The position numbers were made by a program, and so were the translations under genes. A stretch of 48,204 nucleotides of DNA, from assembly GCA_964550225.1 (NCBI GenBank), contig CAZJXT010000001.1:1-48204 (forward strand). Reading direction: 5' to 3'. Under the pieces are notes generated by a model. It ran no database searches. It saw only the letters and a program-made list of their open reading frames with translations, and was not told where the DNA came from. The stretch comes from an uncultured Candidatus Saccharibacteria bacterium (GTDB lineage: Bacteria > Patescibacteriota > Minisyncoccia > Phycocordibacterales > UBA1006). Positions 17,115 through 26,067 of the stretch are shown here, one piece after another. The first letter of the stretch is position 1, and each line of letters starts with the position of its first letter.

Positions 17115-17145
17115 AAAACACCCTCTTTTCAAGGAGGGTGTTTTG
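17115..17145 (+). terminator. Rho-independent terminator
   Basis: caccctc (17119-17125) pairs with gagggtg (17134-17140), then TTTT. Confidence 0.7.
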
Positions 17146-17169
17146 TGGTATAGTATTAAGACATTATTT

Positions 17170-18003
17170 ATGTATCATCATATTGCTAAAAAATCACTGG
17201 GTCAAAACTTTCTCAACAATCAAGCAATTATTGATAAAATCATAACTGCCGCAAGTCCAACTACTACTGAAACAGTTTTAGAAATAGGTCCTGGAAAGGG
17301 AATTCTCACAAAATCTCTTGTTGCTTGTGCTGGTACTACCATTGCAATCGAAAAAGATAATGGTCTCTTTGCTCATCTCGGTGAATTATTTGAACAAGAG
17401 GTTAATCAAGGAAAACTTTCTCTGACTCATGGAGACGCTCTTGATTTTGACCCTGAAACATTAAGATCTTACGGGTCTTATAAACTTGTTGCTAATATTC
17501 CTTATAATATTACTGGTGCTATTATTGAAAAATTTCTCTCATGCTCATTTCAGCCAACAATGATGGTTTTAATGGTTCAAAAAGAAGTAGCTGAACGTAT
17601 TGTTGCAAAAAATAAAAAAACTGGAGGCCGCGGAAAAGAAAGCATTTTGTCTATTGCTGTAAAAGCCTATGGGGAACCAGAATATATTTGCACAGTAAAA
17701 GCAGGTAATTTCACTCCGGCACCCAAAATAGACTCTGCGGTAATAAAAATTAACAATATTTCTCGAGAGAAATTTTTGAATAAGCATCACGAAGAGGTCT
17801 TTTTCCAAATAATGAAGGCCGGTTTTGCGCATAAAAGAAAAACCCTCGCAGGAAATTTGAAAAACATTCTCGAACCTGAACTTGTAACTGCAATTCTTTC
17901 ATCAAGTAAACTTTCTCCATCAACGCGAGCTGAGGATTTGGGGATTAATGACTGGCTTGTATTGGCACACTTGGTATATAATAACCAATATGTCACTGAA
18001 TAA
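17170..18003 (+). CDS. rsmA: 16S rRNA (adenine1518/1519-N6)-dimethyltransferase
   Basis: KKSLGQNFLNNQAIIDKI, LEIGPGKGILT, ANIPYNIT. The start is set at MYHHIAKK. The track start 17029 overlaps the upstream gene and terminator. Confidence 0.9.
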   Translation: MYHHIAKKSLGQNFLNNQAIIDKIITAASPTTTETVLEIGPGKGILTKSLVACAGTTIAIEKDNGLFAHLGELFEQEVNQGKLSLTHGDALDFDPETLRSYGSYKLVANIPYNITGAIIEKFLSCSFQPTMMVLMVQKEVAERIVAKNKKTGGRGKESILSIAVKAYGEPEYICTVKAGNFTPAPKIDSAVIKINNISREKFLNKHHEEVFFQIMKAGFAHKRKTLAGNLKNILEPELVTAILSSSKLSPSTRAEDLGINDWLVLAHLVYNNQYVTE

Positions 18004-18904
18004 TGTTCCAAGTTCATATACCAAAAACTATCTGCCAAGTAAAAATATTCTTATTATAATTGGGATTCTTGTGTTTGCAGGAATTCTTTATTTTGTAGGG
18101 CCAAAAATTTATAATTTTTATCAAGAAAATAAAGGTCGTATTAATTTATCAGGAAACCCACCAGAACCTCTCATTGCATCATCAACAACAACTAATGATC
18201 TAGATAAAGACACTGATCGAGATGGCATTCCTGACTGGAAAGAAACCCTATTTGGACTTAATCCAAAACTACAGGACTCAAACGGTGACGGAACACCAGA
18301 TGAATTACCTATGATTAACGGAACCTCTGCAGGAGATCTCATCAGTATTCCTGATATTGGTAAATTTACTCTTTCTATTTATGATACCCTTGCAACAGGG
18401 GGAGTTGCAGCAACACCCGATCAGTTAGAAAACGTAACAGCAGAAAAAATGCTTGTGTATGCCGAAAACCTAGAAAAAGGATTGAAACAATACAAGATGG
18501 TTGATATTACACTTACTGATTCAACCAAAGAAACTATGGCTACATATCACCAAACCATTGTTGGTATTGCTAATAATGCACCAGATGTTGGAATGTTTAC
18601 AAAAAACACTCAGGAGTATTTTTTGAAAAATGGACCTACCCCTACCAAAGAAATTACTTTTCTTAAAACAACTATTACGAAACTTCTTGCGACACCTGTT
18701 CCAACACAAGCAAATACACTTCATTTAGAACTCATCAACAGTGCATATGTTCTTCTTCAAATACTTGAACTTCCTATTGAAAAACGATCTGATGAATTAA
18801 ATTCTTATGCCTTGTCGCTCATTGCTCAAAAAAATATTAACCTTGCTGCAAAAACTATTTATAGCATTCAAGCGCTCGGAAATATTTATAAACTCAACCA
18901 ATAA
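17990..18904 (+). CDS. Membrane-anchored protein with TSP3-like Ca-binding repeats (first gene of the T4SS-like locus)
   Basis: TM helix ILIIIGILVFAGILYFVG. DKDTDRDGIPDWKE...DSNGDGTPDE (DxDxDG repeats). Overlaps the rsmA stop by 14 nt. Confidence 0.5.
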   Translation: MSLNNVPSSYTKNYLPSKNILIIIGILVFAGILYFVGPKIYNFYQENKGRINLSGNPPEPLIASSTTTNDLDKDTDRDGIPDWKETLFGLNPKLQDSNGDGTPDELPMINGTSAGDLISIPDIGKFTLSIYDTLATGGVAATPDQLENVTAEKMLVYAENLEKGLKQYKMVDITLTDSTKETMATYHQTIVGIANNAPDVGMFTKNTQEYFLKNGPTPTKEITFLKTTITKLLATPVPTQANTLHLELINSAYVLLQILELPIEKRSDELNSYALSLIAQKNINLAAKTIYSIQALGNIYKLNQ

Positions 18905-18925
18905 TCTTGCAATTAATGTAATCCT

Positions 18926-21649
18926 ATGAAAAAAAATATTTTTATAAAAATAATAATCCTTAGTTGTGCACTATTTCCACTGTTATCATTTGCAGAGTCT
19001 CCTGTATTGGATGCCGGAAACGCTGGAACTCACGGAGCAAATCTTGCAACCAACGCAAACACTACAGCTCAACAAGTTCTAAAAACATTGAAGGATTATG
19101 GACTTGATCAGGTTGCTTATGTACTCGCTCAAAAACTCGGACAAAAAATGTCCACTCTTGCGATCAACAAAGCAACCGGTGGGGCAAGTGGTGATAAAGA
19201 TCCAAACTTTGTTCAAGATTTTGGAGATGTCTTAACTCAAATAGAACAACAAGAAAAAGATATTCTTTCTTCTCAACTCATGCTCAGTAATAACCCTTTT
19301 GCAAAAGATATTGCAATCAACATGATTGGAGGAAAAGACCAGGACGGAATCTTTCCAGGTTTTACTTTAGGTGATGCTGTCCAGGGTGAAGTAGATTGGC
19401 AAGATGTTGGAAACGATCTTACTTTAGCTGGAGCAAACGGACTAAATTTTTATGGACAACTAGGACTTCCACAAAATACTCCTATGGGAGCAGGAATGAT
19501 TGCTCAGGCAAAACTTGCCTCTCAGATTAAATCAAAGGAAGATATTAAAAAATTAAAACTCACGAGTTCTGGATTTCTCCCTCAATCAAAATGTAATTCA
19601 AAAGTTTCTGACTATGTAAACAATGTCAGCGCTATCATTGGATCTCAAAATCAAGAATTTGATGATCCTGCAAAAGCAGCAGCCTACCAAGAAGCTGTTG
19701 CAAAGAAAAATAACGCAAGTATGCAAGGGATGACGAATGATCTTTCAGGATGTATCGAAGAAATGATTAGTAATCCGCTAGAAACTACTGCAAAAATCAC
19801 AACCGAAGCTGGAAAATTCGGTATGGATATGACAAAAAATATTACTGGTTGGGGGCAAATTGTTGCAGGAGTATTCGTTTCACTGTTCAATGGTTTCATT
19901 AATGAAGGACTTTCATCACTCAAAGCAGATTATGGGCAGATGAAGCAGGCAAACACTGGAGGACCTGAACAAATCAACACAACATCTACAGGGCAACCTA
20001 CTAATAATTTTGCAAACACTCCGTTTAATATTATCGACCTAAAAAATGATTTTGAACCAGCATTAGAAGGTACTCGTAAAAATATTAAATCTCTATCAGA
20101 AGCTCGGCTCTATCTTGAAAAAACACCTGCTCGACTTGCAGTTCTTGATATGTGTATTCCTGGACCCGACGAAATCGGTCTCAAGAAACGATTAGTTGAC
20201 TACTATTCTCAACAAACTGACTGGTTGATGAAAAAATCAATCATGGGGAGTGGTAGTGACCAAGAAAAAACAAACGCATACCAAGAAGAGATTCTCAAAA
20301 TAATTGAACAAGACTATGCTGTTTCTGAAAGTGAGAGAACTCGAGACATGCTCGACGGAACTCGTAACATTCCAGGAGTTGCAGTTATGAAATCAATGGT
20401 AGGAACATTTAGTACCAAGAAGAAAAATTATGCAGGTGTTCTTGAGTCTCTCAATAAGTCATATGACACCGAAATTAAACTTCAGGGAATTATTACTGAA
20501 CTTCGAAAAAACCTTACTTGGTTACGAAATCAAAATATTCCTGGCTTAAACACTATCCCAGATCTTATATTTACAAAAGAAGAGTGGACTGGTCTTCCTC
20601 AAAATATTAAAGATACTGCATATAACTGGGCTCTCACAAATACTACAGGCGCAACTGCAGTGACAGGGGATGATGCACGAAGAGATTTCGTTATTGCTAC
20701 TACGTGGAGATTATGGGAATATCCAGTACAGTTTATTGTAGGAAACCAATGGCCTGATGATACCGATGGTGCATCAGCCCTTGCTGAAGAATTTCTTATG
20801 AATAAAAATAAGGTTCGTGCAATCTACAGTTCTCTAAAAAGCAATATTCCGTCTGATTGGGAAATAGAACAAAATGAACAATCTCGTGATTCTTATAAAC
20901 TAGGAATCACTCGAATTGATGAACTCATTCATGATTGTAATAAAATGCGCGAATTGTTCTGGGGAACAAATGATAACGGTGCCTTTCATGGAAAAACAAA
21001 ACAGCAAATGCTTGCTGACCTCCTTGCAAATCGTAATACCTATTTCAAATCAACGGAGTTAAAAAATAATCTCTCATTGCCAAGTATTTTAACAACTGAT
21101 AGAACCCCTGAGGAAGATGGATGTCTTCCAAACCCACCTCAATATCAAGCAAGTGATTCTACTGGTAAAAACTTTGGAGATCATGGATGGTCAGGATTTA
21201 ATTATTCGTGTTACGGAGGATTTGGTCATATTTATGGAGTACGAGACGACATTGGAGATCACACCTTTAATCAATGGCTCGATAATGCATCTAATATTTA
21301 TCAAGCAATACCATCTCCATTTAACGTTTCCGATATTTATTGGAAAGGGCGTATTGTTAACATGATCCCTGAAAATGATACTGATGGGGATGGTCTGCCT
21401 AATGAAATTCCTTCTATGCCATTTTCTGTAGGATGGACAGTTCAAGAACTTCCTACAGGGCAACCTGATAAAAAAGATGGTGGACACTCTCGAGCTTTAT
21501 ATTGTCGTATGAGTTCTGTATTAGCAACCTATGCAAAATGGAGTGCGACTCTTGATCGGGAAAGTAAAAATATTTACTGTTCATCAAAATGGGCCGACGT
21601 TTCAATATCTGAAGCAATTGGGCTCTTTATTCTTGATCAGCTTAACTAA
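18926..21649 (+). CDS. Large secreted protein of unknown function (907 aa) in the T4SS-like locus
   Basis: Signal peptide MKKNIFIKIIILSCALFPLLSFA. One NDTDGDGLPNE repeat. No recognised catalytic motif. Confidence 0.55.
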   Translation: MKKNIFIKIIILSCALFPLLSFAESPVLDAGNAGTHGANLATNANTTAQQVLKTLKDYGLDQVAYVLAQKLGQKMSTLAINKATGGASGDKDPNFVQDFGDVLTQIEQQEKDILSSQLMLSNNPFAKDIAINMIGGKDQDGIFPGFTLGDAVQGEVDWQDVGNDLTLAGANGLNFYGQLGLPQNTPMGAGMIAQAKLASQIKSKEDIKKLKLTSSGFLPQSKCNSKVSDYVNNVSAIIGSQNQEFDDPAKAAAYQEAVAKKNNASMQGMTNDLSGCIEEMISNPLETTAKITTEAGKFGMDMTKNITGWGQIVAGVFVSLFNGFINEGLSSLKADYGQMKQANTGGPEQINTTSTGQPTNNFANTPFNIIDLKNDFEPALEGTRKNIKSLSEARLYLEKTPARLAVLDMCIPGPDEIGLKKRLVDYYSQQTDWLMKKSIMGSGSDQEKTNAYQEEILKIIEQDYAVSESERTRDMLDGTRNIPGVAVMKSMVGTFSTKKKNYAGVLESLNKSYDTEIKLQGIITELRKNLTWLRNQNIPGLNTIPDLIFTKEEWTGLPQNIKDTAYNWALTNTTGATAVTGDDARRDFVIATTWRLWEYPVQFIVGNQWPDDTDGASALAEEFLMNKNKVRAIYSSLKSNIPSDWEIEQNEQSRDSYKLGITRIDELIHDCNKMRELFWGTNDNGAFHGKTKQQMLADLLANRNTYFKSTELKNNLSLPSILTTDRTPEEDGCLPNPPQYQASDSTGKNFGDHGWSGFNYSCYGGFGHIYGVRDDIGDHTFNQWLDNASNIYQAIPSPFNVSDIYWKGRIVNMIPENDTDGDGLPNEIPSMPFSVGWTVQELPTGQPDKKDGGHSRALYCRMSSVLATYAKWSATLDRESKNIYCSSKWADVSISEAIGLFILDQLN

Positions 21650-21661
21650 TAGTAGTATTAC

Positions 21662-21688
21662 AAAAAACTCCCAAAAGGGAGTTTTTTA
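21662..21688 (+). terminator. Rho-independent terminator
   Basis: actccc-aaaa-gggagt followed by T-run. Confidence 0.75.
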
Positions 21689-21731
21689 CTTCTCTTTTTT
21701 TAATTTCAGTAGTACAATATTACATAACATC

Positions 21732-24347
21732 ATGAAGCAAAAATTTTTTGCAAAGATTGCCATAGCTCTCATTATTTTCAGCGGGGTGATTTCACCAAGC
21801 CTTAGTTTTATTTCGTCAACTTTTTCTACCCCTCATGCCTATGCAGGTACAACAACAGTAGCACCTAATACTGATGCTATTAATACACAAAATCAACAGA
21901 CTGAAAATACTATTTCTGCGCAATCTGCTGAATGTGGGAGTCTTGATTTATTCTGTGCCCTTGGTAAATTTTTTTCATATATTCTACTCTTTGTTCCAAC
22001 CATAATTACAACTATAACAGGAATGCTCTTTGATATGAGTATTTGGCACTCACTGCAAAGTAGTACCTATACTAAATATGACGGACAGGTTGGAAACGAA
22101 GGCGTTGTGGTAACTGGTTGGAAACTTGTTCGCGATTTTACTAATCTTTTATTTATATTTGCATTATTTGCCATTGCTTTTAGTCTTATTTTAAATGTTA
22201 ATTTCGGATTAGAGCCTAAAAAAACCATTGCTCGAGTTGTTGTTATGGCGCTTCTTGTAAATTTTAGTTTTTTCTTTACACGAGCACTAGTAGATGTCAG
22301 CAATACATTAGCATTGAGTTTTTATAATAATATGACTAGTGCGCCAGAAATGAGCGCCGCATTGAGTGATTATGATACTGCTACAAAAAATGCCTTAGGA
22401 AATCCTGCTGGTTTTTATAAAAACGCAGGAGGAATTCGATCTATTTCAGCTGCTCTTATTTCAAAGATAAATCCTCATAATCTAGTTCTTTTAAGTACTC
22501 AGTCAAACTCAACAAAATCTTGGTCACTAAGTACTTTAGTGATAAATATTGTAACTTCGTTTATGGTCGCCGTATTTAACATATTTCTTATTTATATCTT
22601 TTTATCTGTTGCAATACTCTTTGTGGCGCGAACCATTGGTATTTATATTGCCGTTATTTTATCACCTATTGCATTTGTAAGTAGAACCATTCCTAAACTT
22701 GAAAATAAAAACTATATCGGATTTGATGACTGGCTCAAACAACTCGTCGGCATTGCATTTATGGGTCCAATTTATCTTTTCTTTTTATATATCACCATTC
22801 AATTTTTAAATATCGGTGGAACAAGTGCTGGTGATGGTCAAATATTTGCACTATCTGCTCAAATCTTCTTTAAATTACTTCTCGTTGGCTTCTTCATGTA
22901 CTATTCTAAAAAAATAGCTAAAGACATGTCTGGGCGAATAGGAGAAATGACCGTAAATGCTGTATCTTCTGTGGCAACAACAGGTGCCATGTTTGCAGGG
23001 GCAGCAGCAACAGGAGGTGCTGCGGGGATGCTCCAAATGGGGCGACGTATGGCAACCGATAGTATTAAATCAGGTGCAATCAATGTTGGAACGAGAATTC
23101 TTGGTGAAGAAAAGGTTGAAGAAATTCGAAAACGACAAGGAGTTCTTATGAATTTTGCCAATAATCCACGCGCAGCAATTAATGCCTCACGAAAAATTAT
23201 GGCAACAGGATCAACAGGGGAACCTACCACTCTTGGTAAAATAGGAGATGCATTCCGTTATGGAGGCGTAAGTAATCGAAAATTCGATCTCGAACAGGCG
23301 GCAAAAGCAGCAGATACTGCCAAAAAACAAAAAGCGGCTGCAGATGCTTTCAAAACGCGTAATATTGATAAAAAAATTGCTGAAAACAAAAAAGATTTTG
23401 ATGATGGTGTAAAAACCAAAAAAGAATACGAGGAAAAACTTAAAGAACTTGTTCTTGAGAAACGAGCGGTCTTAGATCCTACGTTATCTGAAAAAAATGC
23501 CAATGTGTCAGCTAATGCGACACTTGCGGCGGTTACAAAAGAACGTAAAGATGCTTCTCTCGATACAAAACTAGCAACAACTCAATCAAAAATTGTTGAT
23601 CTTGATACAAAAATTGCAACAAATACTACAGCTTTGGCAAACGCCGCAACAAAACTTGCTAATGCCGTAAAAGATCGACAACTTGCCAATAAAGAAGTTG
23701 CTGATAAAAAATCAGCACTTGCATCCCGTACCAATGACGATCAGCAACTCCAAGCAGAACTTGTTAGTGTAGAAAAAGAATTGGAAGGATTACCAAAAAC
23801 AGGCTTTGGAGTTGACCGAAACAAAATTAGTGCACTAGAACAAAAGAGGTCTGATATCAGTACTAAACGTAGTCTCATTGCTGCTGATATTGCAAAAATG
23901 TCTGTTGAATTAAATAACCTAGAACAACAAGAAAAGATTGCACTATCGGTTGAAGACGCAGCCATTAACCAAAAGGATTCTTTGGAAGCTGCTGATATTG
24001 AATTCAAGCGTAAGAAATCTGAGGCTGAAAACGAAAAAAATGTTTTGGAACAAGAAAAAATACGACTCGATAATGCAGTATCAGATGCTGAAAAAAATCT
24101 ACAAACTTCTGAAATAAATCTTATAAATAAAAAAGAGTCTATTTCTTTGCAAAACGAACTCGCCGCGAGAACTCGTGTAGAAAAAACAGATACTGATAAT
24201 AAAAAAAGAAATGATGAGCGTGTATCTGAGATACAAAAAAGATTACAGATGATTTCAACAGGAGGATCAGCTTCGCCTACTGGAACACCTTTTGGTGGAC
24301 CATCTTCTTCGAATGGAACAGGAACAGGAGGATCTGTACAGCCTTAA
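21732..24347 (+). CDS. VirB6/TrbL-like polytopic membrane protein with a long C-terminal coiled-coil/low-complexity tail
   Basis: Signal-like N-terminus, about 7 hydrophobic helices (residues ~140-470), then an A/K/E-rich coiled coil and a G/S/T-rich end. Position and topology match T4SS VirB6 analogues. The start is set at MKQKFFAK, after the terminator. Confidence 0.6.
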   Translation: MKQKFFAKIAIALIIFSGVISPSLSFISSTFSTPHAYAGTTTVAPNTDAINTQNQQTENTISAQSAECGSLDLFCALGKFFSYILLFVPTIITTITGMLFDMSIWHSLQSSTYTKYDGQVGNEGVVVTGWKLVRDFTNLLFIFALFAIAFSLILNVNFGLEPKKTIARVVVMALLVNFSFFFTRALVDVSNTLALSFYNNMTSAPEMSAALSDYDTATKNALGNPAGFYKNAGGIRSISAALISKINPHNLVLLSTQSNSTKSWSLSTLVINIVTSFMVAVFNIFLIYIFLSVAILFVARTIGIYIAVILSPIAFVSRTIPKLENKNYIGFDDWLKQLVGIAFMGPIYLFFLYITIQFLNIGGTSAGDGQIFALSAQIFFKLLLVGFFMYYSKKIAKDMSGRIGEMTVNAVSSVATTGAMFAGAAATGGAAGMLQMGRRMATDSIKSGAINVGTRILGEEKVEEIRKRQGVLMNFANNPRAAINASRKIMATGSTGEPTTLGKIGDAFRYGGVSNRKFDLEQAAKAADTAKKQKAAADAFKTRNIDKKIAENKKDFDDGVKTKKEYEEKLKELVLEKRAVLDPTLSEKNANVSANATLAAVTKERKDASLDTKLATTQSKIVDLDTKIATNTTALANAATKLANAVKDRQLANKEVADKKSALASRTNDDQQLQAELVSVEKELEGLPKTGFGVDRNKISALEQKRSDISTKRSLIAADIAKMSVELNNLEQQEKIALSVEDAAINQKDSLEAADIEFKRKKSEAENEKNVLEQEKIRLDNAVSDAEKNLQTSEINLINKKESISLQNELAARTRVEKTDTDNKKRNDERVSEIQKRLQMISTGGSASPTGTPFGGPSSSNGTGTGGSVQP

Positions 24348-24360
24348 TATTGTTTATAAT

Positions 24361-24391
24361 AAATAAAACCCTTATCAAGGGTTTTATTTAT
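24361..24391 (+). terminator. Rho-independent terminator
   Basis: ataaaaccct-tatca-agggttttat. Confidence 0.7.
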
Positions 24392-24416
24392 TATAAGAAA
24401 TTGTTACAATATTTTC

Positions 24417-24938
24417 ATGACAACACTTTCTCCATCATTACAATCAATTCTTGATAATCGCTTACGTTATTTACCAGAAATAACCGGTCGCGCAATCGCA
24501 TCAATTGACTGGTCTTCGAAATTAATCACTATTGGAAAAAAATATGGCCTTCATATTGACGATATGGAAGATTTTCAAACAGTTGTTTTGAAATCTATGA
24601 TAGGACTTATTCCACCTGAAAAATTTGAAACTGAAATTATTAGTGCTGTTGCATTATCACCCATCGATACCGAAAAAATTATTCACGAGATTAACGATCA
24701 AATATTTGAACCTATTCATGATTTTGTAATAAATGGTGGTAAATCAGACCCCTTAAAAGCAACAGGATTAGAAGTAAGTGCAGCTCCATCTGAAACGATT
24801 TTTCCTAGTACTCATCATGAAGAATTGTCTCCGGTAGCTGATTCTAACTTGCTTGAGATACCAGCATCCCCAAAAACAATTCGCTCGAAACCAATGGTTT
24901 CTGGTGACTTTAGTGCTTTCTTTAATTCACAAAACTAA
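24417..24938 (+). CDS. Hypothetical soluble protein in the T4SS-like locus
   Basis: 173 aa ORF. -10 TACAAT at 24405-24410 lies 6 nt before the ATG. Confidence 0.5.
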   Translation: MTTLSPSLQSILDNRLRYLPEITGRAIASIDWSSKLITIGKKYGLHIDDMEDFQTVVLKSMIGLIPPEKFETEIISAVALSPIDTEKIIHEINDQIFEPIHDFVINGGKSDPLKATGLEVSAAPSETIFPSTHHEELSPVADSNLLEIPASPKTIRSKPMVSGDFSAFFNSQN

Positions 24939-24960
24939 TTTGTGATACAATACATACTAT

Positions 24961-25359
24961 ATGCGATTTGAGGTACCACAATTTATTGATGTTGAAGAAA
25001 AAATATTTGGCCCACTTACTTTTAAACAATTTATTTATCTTCTTGGAGGAGCTGGTCTTGCCTATGTTTCATATAAATTAATTCCTTTTCCTTTTTGGAT
25101 TATTGTATCGGGAGCGTTTGTAGCATTGGCACTCCTGTTGGCATTTTACAAATTAAACAATCGACCATTCATTGAGATTGCTCAAAATTATATTAATTTT
25201 AAACTCAAGGGGAAATTGTATATTTGGAAACGTACTCCTACTCAAATAAAACCAGTTGAAAAACCTATTGAGCCTACAAACGCTCAACCTACTGAAAAAA
25301 TTATTACTGGAAAAACAATTAGTGATCTTGCAAAAAATCTTGATATTCTTGATTCATAA
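24961..25359 (+). CDS. PrgI family protein (VirB3-like small membrane component)
   Basis: MRFEVPQFIDVEEKIFGPLTFKQFIYLLGG followed by two TM helices, the hallmark PrgI N-terminus. Confidence 0.8.
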   Translation: MRFEVPQFIDVEEKIFGPLTFKQFIYLLGGAGLAYVSYKLIPFPFWIIVSGAFVALALLLAFYKLNNRPFIEIAQNYINFKLKGKLYIWKRTPTQIKPVEKPIEPTNAQPTEKIITGKTISDLAKNLDILDS

Positions 25360-25363
25360 CTAT

Positions 25364-25996
25364 ATGGCAAACTCAACTCAACAATTTGTACCTATAAAGG
25401 AAATTCGTGATAATGTAGCAGTTCTTAAAACCGGAGAACTGCGTGCGGTGCTATTGTGCCAAGCTATTAATCTTGATTTAAAATCAACAGATGAACAAAC
25501 TGCTGTAATTTTACAATTTCAAAACTTTCTTAATAGTCTTGATTTTTCAATTCAAATTATTGCATCTTCTCGAAGACTTGATATTCGTCCTTATATTATG
25601 AAACTTGAAAACCGTCTTGAGCAGATCGAAGGAGACTTATTACGTATTCAAACCAGTGAATATATTCAATTCATTCAAAAATTCAATGAGAGTTATGATG
25701 TTATGTCTAAATATTTCTATGTTATTGTTCCTTATGGAGCACAAGCATTGATTGGTGAGAGTTTTTTAGGCAACCTCTTTAAAACAAAGAAAGAAACTAC
25801 GGGAGTTACTCAAAATAAACAATTTGAAGAATCGCGCAGTCAACTAGAACAGAGAATTGCTGTAGTAACAAGCGGCTTACAGAATCTAGGAATTGACTGC
25901 AAACAACTCGACACTCCAGCTCTTGTTGAGCTCTATCAAAAAACATTTAATCCTGGAGAATTGCACTCTACTGCTGGAGCAATGGGGCAATCATAA
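25364..25996 (+). CDS. T4SS-associated protein resembling the N-terminal domain of Gram-positive VirB4 (TcpF/TrsE-like)
   Basis: TQQFVPIKEIRDNVAVLKTGELRAVLLCQAINLDLKSTDEQ resembles the conserved VirB4 N-terminal motif. There is no Walker motif. Confidence 0.5.
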   Translation: MANSTQQFVPIKEIRDNVAVLKTGELRAVLLCQAINLDLKSTDEQTAVILQFQNFLNSLDFSIQIIASSRRLDIRPYIMKLENRLEQIEGDLLRIQTSEYIQFIQKFNESYDVMSKYFYVIVPYGAQALIGESFLGNLFKTKKETTGVTQNKQFEESRSQLEQRIAVVTSGLQNLGIDCKQLDTPALVELYQKTFNPGELHSTAGAMGQS

Positions 25997-26018
25997 AAAA
26001 CACCGTGGGTGTTTTTTA
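25995..26018 (+). terminator. Intrinsic terminator-like hairpin inside the T4SS-like locus
   Basis: aaaaaacacc-gtg-ggtgtttttt followed by more T. Confidence 0.6.
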
Positions 26019-26067
26019 TTTTTTTAAAATCCTTGGTAGTTCTGTTTTAATTTTGTATACTATAATT

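Noticed and set aside
21531-21731. The ORF-track N-terminal extension of the VirB6-like gene, and similar extensions: 26005-26067 for virB4, 17029-17169 for rsmA, 33814-33951 for dnaA, 4560-4631 for the methyltransferase and 2474-2554 for rpsO.
   Set aside because: The extensions overlap upstream genes, run through terminator hairpins or DnaA boxes, and encode junk-like sequence. Internal ATGs behind -10 elements give canonical N-termini.
22901-23230. Numerous 60-130-aa antisense or overlapping ORFs in the track (e.g. 22901-23230, 9602-9865, 11205-11600, 45215-45538, 47622-48017, 5480-5665, 1398-1748).
   Set aside because: They lie fully inside well-supported genes on the opposite strand or in another frame. 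They have low-complexity or repetitive composition and no start-site signals. They are shadow ORFs.
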